From the sequence record OR896824.1: a stretch of DNA of 64,000 nucleotides, one strand, 5' to 3'. Numbering within the stretch: the first letter of the stretch is position 1; each line of letters begins with the position of its first letter. This document shows, in pieces, positions 44,627 to 52,421 of this stretch. Source of the DNA: Escherichia phage SmurfNell. The notes under the pieces were generated by a model. It saw nothing but the letters and a program-made list of their open reading frames with translations, was not told the origin of the DNA and ran no database searches. A program made the position numbers and the translations under genes.

Positions 44627-44691
44627 TAATTGGTTAATGATCCTGATTGTGAATCAGGCCTATGTGGATTCGAATTCCACTAGCCACCCCA
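44615..44691 (+). tRNA. tRNA-His (anticodon GTG)
   Basis: Acceptor GTGGCTA/TAGCCAC, D-stem TCAT/ATGA, anticodon stem-loop CCTGA-TTGTGAA-TCAGG, T-arm GTGGA-TTCGAAT-TCCAC, C73, CCA. Confidence 0.75.
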
Positions 44692-44697
44692 AATATT

Positions 44698-44772
44698 GCG
44701 TCCTTATTTCAATGGAAAGAATGTAAAGCTACGAACTTTACGATCGGGGTTCGATTCCCTGAGGATGCACCA
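44698..44772 (+). tRNA. tRNA-Arg (anticodon ACG)
   Basis: Acceptor GCGTCCT/AGGATGC, anticodon stem-loop TAAAG-CTACGAA-CTTTA, T-arm CGGGG-TTCGATT-CCCTG, CCA. Confidence 0.7.
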
Positions 44773-44796
44773 ATTAACTTATATAGGAAATAAAAT

Positions 44797-44997
44797 ATGG
44801 CTGATTTCTGCAAAGAATGCTCTATCGATATGTGGGGCAAAGATACTGGTGATCTTTCTGGTCTGATTACAGAAGCCGAAGTTAAAGAAGGCTATGGTGC
44901 TGTTGTAATCTGTGAAGGTTGTGGTATTATTCGTGTTGATCATAATGGTAAACGTCTAGAAGAACCAGATCCAATTGCCACGGTTCCTGTAGAATAA
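44797..44997 (+). CDS. small Cys-rich zinc-ribbon protein (66 aa)
   Basis: CKEC...CEGCG motifs; AGGAAA RBS. Confidence 0.5.
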   Translation: MADFCKECSIDMWGKDTGDLSGLITEAEVKEGYGAVVICEGCGIIRVDHNGKRLEEPDPIATVPVE

Positions 44998-45004
44998 AAA
45001 TTAT

Positions 45005-45080
45005 TGGGATGTAGATCAATTGGCAGATCGTCGGCCTCTGACTCCGAAGGTTCCACGTTCGATCCGTGGCATCCCAGCCA
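45005..45080 (+). tRNA. tRNA-Gln (anticodon CTG)
   Basis: U1-A72 and G73 as in E. coli tRNA-Gln; D-arm GATC-AATTGGCA-GATC; anticodon loop CTCTGAC; T-arm CCACG-TTCGATC-CGTGG; CCA. Confidence 0.7.
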
Positions 45081-45086
45081 AATACT

Positions 45087-45162
45087 TGGAGAGTAGTGTA
45101 ACGGTTAGCACAACGGCCTTTGACTCCGTTAATGGTAGGTTCGATTCCTCCTTCTCCAGCCA
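45087..45162 (+). tRNA. tRNA-Gln (anticodon TTG)
   Basis: U1-A72, G73; anticodon loop CTTTGAC; CCA; one mismatch in T-stem. Confidence 0.65.
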
Positions 45163-45168
45163 ATTTAT

Positions 45169-45243
45169 GCGTGATTAGTTCAGTGGCTAGAATAACTGGC
45201 TTCCAACCAGTAGACACGAGTTCGACTCTCGTATCCCGCACCA
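45169..45243 (+). tRNA. tRNA-Gly (anticodon TCC)
   Basis: Acceptor GCGTGAT/ATCCCGC (U4-C69 mismatch), D-arm GTTC-AGTGGCTA-GAAT, anticodon stem-loop ACTGG-CTTCCAA-CCAGT, T-arm ACGAG-TTCGACT-CTCGT, CCA. Confidence 0.65.
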
Positions 45244-45259
45244 AATATAAGAAAACGTT

Positions 45260-45481
45260 ATGGACGTTTTTGAGTTTCGTAATAAAAACCCTAGTAGACG
45301 AGTTTTAATTATTGGTGAAACATATCGAGCTTATGAGCAAGAAGATGGTTCGGTTTTATTAAATGATGAAAAGCAAGGCTATAGTTTTCATCCAGAAGAA
45401 ACATATGAGGAATTTCGTACTAAGTTTCTTTTACCAGACTGGCTAGCAATAGCTGAGCAAAGAGAACCCGAAGATGGCTGA
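45260..45481 (+). CDS. hypothetical acidic protein (73 aa)
   Basis: ORF after tRNA-Gly. Confidence 0.45.
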   Translation: MDVFEFRNKNPSRRVLIIGETYRAYEQEDGSVLLNDEKQGYSFHPEETYEEFRTKFLLPDWLAIAEQREPEDG

Positions 45482-45510
45482 TAATCTAAAGCTAAAGGTA
45501 GATAAACAAA

Positions 45511-45639
45511 TGAAGTGCGTTGAGGTTGAGTTGGGTGAAGAACGTTTAAAACTCTCCTTCGAATTCTTACAACAGTTGGCTATGACAGTAATGTCTGATA
45601 AGTCTCCTGTATTTGAAAAAGAAATTCCGTTGAAATAAC
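45511..45639 (+). CDS. hypothetical small protein (42 aa)
   Basis: Short ORF ending just before tRNA-Thr. Confidence 0.3.
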
Positions 45640-45647
45640 GGGTTTAT

Positions 45648-45722
45648 TGCTCCTAAAGCATTGCTGGCGATGCAGTTGCCTTGTAAGCATCTGAACCGGG
45701 TTCGATTCCTGGTGGGAGCACC
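45648..45722 (+). tRNA. tRNA-Thr (anticodon TGT)
   Basis: Acceptor GCTCCTA/TGGGAGC, D-arm GCAT-TGCTGGCG-ATGC, anticodon loop CTTGTAA, T-arm CCGGG-TTCGATT-CCTGG, CCA. Confidence 0.7.
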
Positions 45723-45737
45723 AAATTTAAAAATTCA

Positions 45738-45766
45738 TTTGCCTTCTCTCTTATTTCTTGTTATAA
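45738..45766 (+). promoter_or_regulatory. T5-type sigma70 promoter
   Basis: TTGCCT-17-TGTTATAATAT plus TTATATAAATTAATGAGAGGG leader. Confidence 0.6.
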
Positions 45767-45797
45767 TATTTATATAAATTAATGAGAGGGAAACCAA

Positions 45798-46091
45798 ATG
45801 AAACGTTATCTTTCTGTCGTGTTCCAAACTGGTGGTCAACGCTACACTTATGAATTTCCTGAGTCCTGGAAAATTAAAGAAGGTGATCAAGTTGTTGTAT
45901 TAACACCTCGTGAAGGCTTCAAAGTAGTAACGGTTAAACAAGTATTTCCAAAAGATCACGAACCATCTAAGTCTATTCAGTACAAGATGATTCATGGTCT
46001 AGTTCGTAAAGTACCACGAACTGAGGTAGAAGTAGATAAGACTGGTGAAGCTAAATACCAGTATACTTCTTACTTAGATGAAATGATGTAA
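45798..46091 (+). CDS. hypothetical protein (97 aa)
   Basis: Downstream of promoter 45738-45766; GAGAGGGAAA RBS. Confidence 0.55.
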   Translation: MKRYLSVVFQTGGQRYTYEFPESWKIKEGDQVVVLTPREGFKVVTVKQVFPKDHEPSKSIQYKMIHGLVRKVPRTEVEVDKTGEAKYQYTSYLDEMM

Positions 46092-46092
46092 T

Positions 46093-46168
46093 GCTCTGAT
46101 AGTTCAACAGGTTAGAACAGGCGACCGATAATCGTCAAATCTTGGTTCGATCCCAAGTCGGAGTACCA
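46093..46168 (+). tRNA. tRNA-Ile (anticodon GAT)
   Basis: Acceptor GCTCTGA/TCGGAGT, D-arm GTTC-AACAGGTTA-GAAC, anticodon stem-loop GGCGA-CCGATAA-TCGTC (C at position 33), T-arm CTTGG-TTCGATC-CCAAG, CCA. Confidence 0.6.
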
Positions 46169-46174
46169 AATTAT

Positions 46175-46247
46175 AGTTAGTTGGCAGAGCGGTTATGCAC
46201 CTCCTTCATACGGAGCGACTACAGTGGTTCAAATCCACTACTAACTA
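46175..46247 (+). tRNA. tRNA with CAT anticodon (Met-type), CCA not encoded
   Basis: Perfect acceptor AGTTAGT/ACTAACT, anticodon hairpin CTCC-TTCATAC-GGAG, T-arm AGTGG-TTCAAAT-CCACT; 3' end followed by CTA rather than CCA. Confidence 0.55.
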
Positions 46248-46619
46248 CTAAACAGAGGATCAGGTAATTGTACCAGATCCTGCTGAGAAGAGAGTCCACA
46301 TTCTATAAATGGCCGGGCGTGACAGCAGGAAGTAGACTGCAACTCCATGCTATCCAGGAGTATAAATGTAGAAGCTAAGACTTTAGATAGCCATTGTCTT
46401 AGCGTGAGCAATCACGTAGTTGCAACAGACCTGGAAGATCGCAACGTTAAAATCAAAGTTCCAGTGCTTATTTATCTAATCGAGACCATCAATCTCACCG
46501 GAATGCTAGCACCCCAACAGTAGCTAGTGATTAGATAATAAGCAAGCCTGCCTTCCAGTTTTTATCTTGCTTCTGGGTTAACAAAAAGCTGAGCCAAATT
46601 CTAACATCAGGGAGATCTA

Positions 46620-46988
46620 ATGAAAGCATATCAAAGTCTTAAGTCTGGCGTAATTAACATTGTTCATAACAATCAGATCATTCAACTATACTCTAAAGAT
46701 GGTGAACTTAAACAGAAAGTTCTAGTTGAAGATCTAGAAGGTATCACACCTCACTTTGACCCTGAGGCCTTTCGCATTGTAGATGTGGAAGTGGTTCCCC
46801 AAGTCGAGGGTGGTCAGCACCTAAATGTCAATGTGTTAAGCCGTGATCAGCTTTTGGATGCGCAGAAACATCCTGAAAAATATCCTCAGTTGACCATCCG
46901 TGTCTCTGGCTATGCTGTTCGATTTAACGCATTGACGCGTGAACAACAGAACGACGTTATTAGTCGTACATTTACTCAGGCGATATAA
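46620..46988 (+). CDS. grcA: autonomous glycyl radical cofactor (GrcA/YfiD-like)
   Basis: C-terminal [57 protein letters not shown] is near-identical to E. coli GrcA as I recall it, including the RVSGYAV glycyl-radical motif. Confidence 0.85.
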   Translation: MKAYQSLKSGVINIVHNNQIIQLYSKDGELKQKVLVEDLEGITPHFDPEAFRIVDVEVVPQVEGGQHLNVNVLSRDQLLDAQKHPEKYPQLTIRVSGYAVRFNALTREQQNDVISRTFTQAI

Positions 46989-47069
46989 TGGGGTTTGGAT
47001 ACGATTTCTCCCAGCTACGCAAGGTAGTCGAGCAAACTCCATTTATCTCCCAAGTTTTAGGAGAAATGT

Positions 47070-47363
47070 GTGGATCGAGCATTAAGACGCCATCACTGGC
47101 AACGTGTGAAAAACAACCGAAAGAAGTATTGGACAGTATTCCCTCATGAAGAAAGTCCTAAGCGGTTAGGCATTATTACTACCACGCCTTGCATCTGTTC
47201 TTGTTGGATGTGTGGGAATCCTCGCAAATACTATAAGAATAGTAAAGCAGGTATGAAAATCTCGGAGATTAAAAAGATGGATGCAATGATCTTAGGTATC
47301 GGATACGGCGAAGGTATTTCAAATGATGAATTTGATGGCTTCGTAGGTTTCGGTGAAGGTTAA
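47070..47363 (+). CDS. hypothetical Cys-containing protein (97 aa)
   Basis: ORF (probable GTG start) followed by a terminator at 47372-47410. Confidence 0.45.
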   Translation: MDRALRRHHWQRVKNNRKKYWTVFPHEESPKRLGIITTTPCICSCWMCGNPRKYYKNSKAGMKISEIKKMDAMILGIGYGEGISNDEFDGFVGFGEG

Positions 47364-47371
47364 TTAATAAT

Positions 47372-47410
47372 AAACCCCGGCTATTGAATAAGTAGTCTGG
47401 GGTTTTCTTG
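47372..47410 (+). terminator. rho-independent terminator
   Basis: AAACCCCGG...CTGGGGTTT stem followed by TCTTG. Confidence 0.55.
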
Positions 47411-47427
47411 TATATAGGATTTTCGAA

Positions 47428-47613
47428 ATGAAAATTTTTAAAGTGAACTATAGCGGCCTGTGGTTAGGTGGTACAGCTATTGTTGTTGCGGAAACTGCAG
47501 AAGAAGCAATCGAACTGGCTAGAAATCATAGAAGTTCTATAGAATTCGAGAATGTGACAGTAGAAGAACTCCCTAGCAGTGGGGTAGTATACAACGACAA
47601 CGGAGATTACTAA
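47428..47613 (+). CDS. hypothetical protein (61 aa)
   Basis: ORF after terminator. Confidence 0.4.
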   Translation: MKIFKVNYSGLWLGGTAIVVAETAEEAIELARNHRSSIEFENVTVEELPSSGVVYNDNGDY

Positions 47614-47671
47614 TGTTATATTTTGAAGTTCGTCCACATTAAGTTAATTTAAAAGACTTAATGGAGGTAAT

Positions 47672-48067
47672 ATGAGCCGTACATATCGTAAACAATCTGG
47701 TGATCGTCACTGGCGTGATGCACATCGTTCTACTTATAATTTTCATAGCACTAATATCCGTATTCCGTATATCTACACGGATAGGGATGGTAAGCAGTGG
47801 AAATATTATCAAGTTCGATCCAATGAAGCATGGGCTAAAACTTGGGATGAAATTGAGAAGGAGATTCAGGAAAATATCATTCGTAACGAGAAGAAAGATG
47901 GGCACTGGTGGGATTCTATTAGTAGAAGTGTTAAGTGGCATTCTAACAAAATGGTTCGTCAGGGAAACCGTCGTGAACTTCACCGTGTGATGAAAGATCC
48001 AGAAAATTACGACTATAATCGTGATCATGACCTGCGTAAGCGTGGGTTATGGTGGGTTTACGACTAA
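47672..48067 (+). CDS. hypothetical basic protein (131 aa)
   Basis: ORF with GGAGG RBS. Confidence 0.55.
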   Translation: MSRTYRKQSGDRHWRDAHRSTYNFHSTNIRIPYIYTDRDGKQWKYYQVRSNEAWAKTWDEIEKEIQENIIRNEKKDGHWWDSISRSVKWHSNKMVRQGNRRELHRVMKDPENYDYNRDHDLRKRGLWWVYD

Positions 48068-48084
48068 TTTCATAAATAATTCAT

Positions 48085-48113
48085 TTGCTAAAACCCTCTC
48101 CTTTTGATATAAT
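48085..48113 (+). promoter_or_regulatory. T5-type sigma70 promoter
   Basis: TTGCTA-17-GATATAATAT plus TTATATAAATTGATGAGAGGG leader. Confidence 0.65.
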
Positions 48114-48143
48114 ATTTATATAAATTGATGAGAGGGCTTTGAA

Positions 48144-48416
48144 ATGAAAGAAGCAGAAATTAATGAAATGGCTAGAATATTCATCGTTTCCTATATGCAA
48201 GGCAGTTGCAATAGTTTATTCGAGTCTGCTATAGTATTTCAGGAAATGTTAGCCGAGAAAGGCGTACATATGGAAGATACTGAAATTGAAGATCTTCTAA
48301 TGGAAACTTGTAGTAGTGCTGAAGTCTTCCAGTGTGGTAACTGTAATTGGTGGTGTCCAGAGCATGATCGTTCTGAAGAAGGTTCCTACTGTTCCGATTG
48401 TGAAGGAGAAGAATAA
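48144..48416 (+). CDS. Cys-rich putative zinc-binding protein (90 aa)
   Basis: Downstream of promoter 48085-48113; CGNCNWWC...CSDC. Confidence 0.55.
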   Translation: MKEAEINEMARIFIVSYMQGSCNSLFESAIVFQEMLAEKGVHMEDTEIEDLLMETCSSAEVFQCGNCNWWCPEHDRSEEGSYCSDCEGEE

Positions 48417-48715
48417 TGAATAAGTTTATTATTGCTCTAGTAATTTCAGCAGTTAGTTTCGGTTCTCTGGCATCTACCAAAGTTTCTATGAAAAATGGTA
48501 ATGTTAAAGTTCAGCAGAATGGCATTACCACCGAATATGGTAAAGTACGTGATGTAAAAGAACGTAATGGCAAAGTAGAAATATATACTAATAAAAACTT
48601 CTCTACTCCGGCTGTTACTGTTAGTAAACGTGGTGAAATCACTACTCAACGTACTAATAGTTCTGATTCTTTTACTTGCCGTTATGACTGCGGCTTTGAA
48701 GGTGAAGATGAGTAA
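48416..48715 (+). CDS. secreted hypothetical protein (99 aa)
   Basis: Signal peptide MNKFIIALVISAVSFGSLAS. Confidence 0.55.
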   Translation: MNKFIIALVISAVSFGSLASTKVSMKNGNVKVQQNGITTEYGKVRDVKERNGKVEIYTNKNFSTPAVTVSKRGEITTQRTNSSDSFTCRYDCGFEGEDE

Positions 48716-49127
48716 TTTAGACCCTAGAATTAAACATGCAGTTGAAGAAATCCAAGATCAAATCGATGAGGATTTCACTGTTTGGTCAAGATTTGGTAAT
48801 GGTGAAGGTTGTCAGCTTTATAGCATGAAAATGGGTATCTCGATTGAACTTAGTATCAATCCCGAGGGTAACGTAGAAGCCCAACCCATGTTCAGTGTTC
48901 CAGGCTTCTCTGGATTTGTTATGGGCATGAAACTATGTCTACCAAATAAACATCTTTACCGTGTTATCTGTCAGCTAGAAACAATTAAACATTTCTTGCC
49001 AGAAGATAACATTAATGACTACTATCATGAAGTTGTAGCAGCTTACATGATGAAAGAACGCAAACGTCGGAGAGCAGAACGTGAAAGAGCTAAATCTCAA
49101 CAGTCTAGTACAGATTCCAGCAACTGA
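48708..49127 (+). CDS. hypothetical protein (about 139 aa)
   Basis: ATG 48708 overlapping previous stop; the ORF-track start 48630 would overlap the upstream gene extensively. Confidence 0.45.
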   Translation: MSNLDPRIKHAVEEIQDQIDEDFTVWSRFGNGEGCQLYSMKMGISIELSINPEGNVEAQPMFSVPGFSGFVMGMKLCLPNKHLYRVICQLETIKHFLPEDNINDYYHEVVAAYMMKERKRRRAERERAKSQQSSTDSSN

Positions 49128-49377
49128 TGCTGTACTAGACTTCCTCAAGCAGGAACATATTAAGTTCTGGACTAACTATGCAGAACAGTACGAAGAAACT
49201 TCTAGTGCAATAACATTCGCGGATAAACGAATAGCTGAGTATACAGATCCTAGAGTTAAAAATGGTATGATTACCTTACCACTTTGGGATGTAATGGAAA
49301 AGTTTGGTAAAGATTTGTGCCCAGGTTGTATACCATTGTTTGTTACTATTCTAATTGACGAAAAGGATCTTAAATGA
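49081..49377 (+). CDS. hypothetical protein (98 aa, start uncertain)
   Basis: ORF with GTG start overlapping the previous gene by 47 nt. Confidence 0.35.
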   Translation: MKELNLNSLVQIPATDAVLDFLKQEHIKFWTNYAEQYEETSSAITFADKRIAEYTDPRVKNGMITLPLWDVMEKFGKDLCPGCIPLFVTILIDEKDLK

Positions 49378-49658
49378 TTATCTCTCCATTTGCTTTGTGG
49401 TTTGTTATTGGTGCAGTTGTCGCGATTTACAGTCTGATTGATGATCTGTATATCTCTAAAAATAAAGATGTTATTCTTTATGTTATAAACAAATATCGTC
49501 CGCCAGAATTAGCAGAATTTGACGATGAAAAGATGTTCAAATTCATTATGTCAGGTATGCTTATTATGGACACCTTGTTCGGGCCAGTAGCTACTTACTT
49601 CTTCTTCCGTAAAACTCGTAAGATGAAAAAGTTTCGCGCTGAAATGCAGAGCAAGTAA
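49374..49658 (+). CDS. small membrane protein (94 aa)
   Basis: Two predicted TM segments; ATGA overlap with the upstream gene. Confidence 0.5.
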   Translation: MIISPFALWFVIGAVVAIYSLIDDLYISKNKDVILYVINKYRPPELAEFDDEKMFKFIMSGMLIMDTLFGPVATYFFFRKTRKMKKFRAEMQSK

Positions 49659-49774
49659 AGAACTCGCGTAGGACCGAGTTGCGTCACCTGCAACTGTTAC
49701 GGATAAGGGAGTCGTGCCCCTTAGTGCGGTAAGTGGTGAGTTGGTCGCTGACCTCAACTTTAACTGGAGATATC

Positions 49775-50125
49775 ATGAGCTTTATTTTATTCATTGTAGC
49801 AGCATGGTTTATTATTGGTTTAGGCTATGCTATTGCAGTTATTCGTCATCTGGATGAATATTCTGCTGAATGGTTTATTAAGTACCTACGTTTAGACGAT
49901 CAAGAACACGAGTTCGACAGTGCTGAGGAAAGACAGGCTGTCCAGTCAATGACTCCCAAAGAATGCTTGCTATACATGCGTGTTATTGGCTTCTTTGGTT
50001 TACTGGTTCTAGGGCCGATCGGTTCCACCATCGCCCCATACAAAGAAACAGTTGCCGACATTAAATTATGGAGAACTGCCGGGTCGCTACGTCGTGCTAG
50101 AGAATTGAGTACCAAAGAAGATTGA
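49775..50125 (+). CDS. membrane protein (about 116 aa)
   Basis: ATG 49775 with GGAG RBS; two hydrophobic segments. Confidence 0.5.
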   Translation: MSFILFIVAAWFIIGLGYAIAVIRHLDEYSAEWFIKYLRLDDQEHEFDSAEERQAVQSMTPKECLLYMRVIGFFGLLVLGPIGSTIAPYKETVADIKLWRTAGSLRRARELSTKED

Positions 50126-50161
50126 CATCAAGTCAACTTACTAGCAAAATAATAATGACAA

Positions 50162-50197
50162 AGCCCAGCCTGCACTTTTGCGACTGGGCTATTTTTG
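50162..50197 (+). terminator. rho-independent terminator
   Basis: AGCCCAG...CTGGGCT stem followed by ATTTTTG. Confidence 0.55.
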
Positions 50198-50211
50198 TAA
50201 TAAAATTTTAG

Positions 50212-50240
50212 TTGCATAGATGCCCAAACTTTTGTATAAT
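50212..50240 (+). promoter_or_regulatory. T5-type sigma70 promoter
   Basis: TTGCAT-17-TGTATAATAT. Confidence 0.6.
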
Positions 50241-50271
50241 ATGTTTATAGATTGAGGCAAGAGGATTAAAT

Positions 50272-50970
50272 ATGAGAATCATTTCTAAATTCGCCGATGT
50301 GTATGACTTGCAGAACAGTTTATTCGACCCCGATCGTGTGTGGGAGCGTAAAACTGAAGAGTTACTGGTAAAAGTAACTGATGATGCAGAAAAGAACATT
50401 GTGCATAATCGCCAAGTATTTCGTGATGGTTCACTATCTTTCCGTGGCGACTTCGAATACTTTGTAAACCCACTGTTTGTTGCAGGTGAAGTTTACTGGT
50501 TACATGAGCTATACTGCTGGCATCCAGCATTTAGTTTCAAAACGTTCAACCTCGACGCTATGTTCGATAAAATGGAAGAGATGGGATTACATGCTCGCTC
50601 TTACCTACTGGATAAGAGTCGTGTGGATGTTCGTGAAACAATGCGTGATTTGCTTGTTGAAGCAAAACCTAAAGCAGAACGTATCTTGTCCGAGCTGCGT
50701 GTACCGATTGCATATGTGAAAGGTATTAAGAAGAACGATAACGACGATGTTCGTAACTTCGTGATTCAGACTAACATTCGTTTCCATCAGTCCGGTATTC
50801 CGTGGCAGGAAATTGAAAGTAACTTATACCGTTTACACCAAGTTCTCGAACAGTATATCTTCGGTGTACTAGGAACTGGTGAGCCTGATATGATTAAAGT
50901 ATCAGATAAAGACAGGTTAGCAGCACATGGATTTGATACAAAAACTTCTTTCAGGAATATGGCAAGGTAA
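50272..50970 (+). CDS. hypothetical protein (232 aa)
   Basis: Downstream of promoter 50212-50240; AAGAGGA RBS. Confidence 0.6.
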   Translation: MRIISKFADVYDLQNSLFDPDRVWERKTEELLVKVTDDAEKNIVHNRQVFRDGSLSFRGDFEYFVNPLFVAGEVYWLHELYCWHPAFSFKTFNLDAMFDKMEEMGLHARSYLLDKSRVDVRETMRDLLVEAKPKAERILSELRVPIAYVKGIKKNDNDDVRNFVIQTNIRFHQSGIPWQEIESNLYRLHQVLEQYIFGVLGTGEPDMIKVSDKDRLAAHGFDTKTSFRNMAR

Positions 50971-51376
50971 GTGGTATATCCTGGGAGCAGGTATAGCGAT
51001 AGGCATCGGATTCGGTGCTTATCACTTAGTAAATAAGGTAGAAACTCTAGCAGGTGATCTTGCAGTAGCTACTAAAAAGATCTCTTCTCTAGAGACTTCT
51101 CTTAATAATGTGAAAGCTGAGAGCGAACTTCGTGAGACTCGTATGAATCAGTATTTCACAATGAATAATGTTTCCCAAGCAGATCTAGACAAGAAAATTA
51201 GTCAGCTTGATAAAGCGCTTAGTCGTCAAGACATTATAGCTGCAAAGCCTGGATTGGTTACATTAATTGCTAAAAAGCAGAGTAAGGAGTTCGAGGAAAG
51301 ATTAGCATGTTTAACTGGAAACTTGGAGTACTGCTCGCAGCCGCAATCACAATCACAGGCTGTGCAGAAGAAATAA
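50927..51376 (+). CDS. putative i-spanin-like membrane protein (N-terminal TM plus coiled coil)
   Basis: N-terminal TM (WYILGAGIAIGIGFGAY) followed by coiled coil; overlaps the downstream lipoprotein gene in another frame. Confidence 0.45.
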   Translation: MDLIQKLLSGIWQGKWYILGAGIAIGIGFGAYHLVNKVETLAGDLAVATKKISSLETSLNNVKAESELRETRMNQYFTMNNVSQADLDKKISQLDKALSRQDIIAAKPGLVTLIAKKQSKEFEERLACLTGNLEYCSQPQSQSQAVQKK

Positions 51377-51660
51377 AACCAGAGCCTTCACATGAGTTAA
51401 AGCAAGCTCATGTTGACTGGCCCAAAGGACTTCAGCCGTGTAGCTTTGATTTCAAATTCGAAAAGAAATTAGCTACAAATGGTGAAGATGGCGTAGTAGT
51501 TGTTGTACCATACAAAGATTGGAATGCAAAAGCAAAATGCGAGGAAGCAGTTTACTCTTACATTTCACGGCTGACTAGTATGGTTTGCTTCTACCGCCAA
51601 GATTTACAAGAAAAACGTTGCTTAGTTTACTATCCACCCATTACAAATAGGAAAGATTAA
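51307..51660 (+). CDS. putative o-spanin-like lipoprotein
   Basis: Lipobox signal peptide (LLAAAITITGC); embedded/overlapping arrangement with the upstream membrane protein. Confidence 0.45.
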   Translation: MFNWKLGVLLAAAITITGCAEEIKPEPSHELKQAHVDWPKGLQPCSFDFKFEKKLATNGEDGVVVVVPYKDWNAKAKCEEAVYSYISRLTSMVCFYRQDLQEKRCLVYYPPITNRKD

Positions 51661-52409
51661 TGTCAGTATTAGTCGGTTTACATGGTGAGGCTGGTGCAGG
51701 GAAAGATACCGTTGCAAAATTAATGATTGACTGGTGCAATGACACGTATCCAACGTGTTTATCCCGTCGTTACAGTTTTGCTAAACCCGTTTACGAACTT
51801 GCATCCGTAATCCTCGGGGTAACTCCAGAGTTTCTGGGAGAGCGCAGGGGAAAAGAGATTAGTCAATGGTTTACAGTGACTCAATCTCAATTGGAGCGAG
51901 CTAGAGACGTATGGTTTAAGTACGGTATTGATAAGTTTGAGGACTTCTCGTACATTTGGCCGATTTTTGAAGGAAAATACCTTGATCCTCAGCAATTGAT
52001 TGGACAAGAAGATGATGCACTCTATAGTGTGTTTATCTCCCCAAGAAAGATGCTACAGCTTGTAGGTACTGAGTTAGGAAGGCAGCTGGTGCATGAACGC
52101 ATTTGGCTCATAATTCTGGAGCAATCCATCGCTAAAGACGACCCAGACGTCGCAATAGTTACAGATGTGAGATTCCCTAATGAAGGAGAGTTAATCCGAG
52201 AAACCAATCATCTAGATATGGATTCTTTGTTGATAAATGTAGTACCAGCAGAGCAGGAATACACTATTAAGACAGATCATCCGTCTGAAAAAGGTATCCC
52301 AGCTAAATACATAATCCATGAACTGGTGAATCCGTTCATCGGTATGGATAACCTTAAACTAGAAGTGTATAACTTCTGTGACTTAGAGCTAGAACCACTA
52401 GTTGGATAA
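51660..52409 (+). CDS. dnk: deoxynucleoside monophosphate kinase
   Basis: N-terminal P-loop GLHGEAGAGKDTVAK typical of phage dNMP kinases. Confidence 0.65.
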   Translation: MSVLVGLHGEAGAGKDTVAKLMIDWCNDTYPTCLSRRYSFAKPVYELASVILGVTPEFLGERRGKEISQWFTVTQSQLERARDVWFKYGIDKFEDFSYIWPIFEGKYLDPQQLIGQEDDALYSVFISPRKMLQLVGTELGRQLVHERIWLIILEQSIAKDDPDVAIVTDVRFPNEGELIRETNHLDMDSLLINVVPAEQEYTIKTDHPSEKGIPAKYIIHELVNPFIGMDNLKLEVYNFCDLELEPLVG

Positions 52410-52421
52410 TTAAGGATCACT

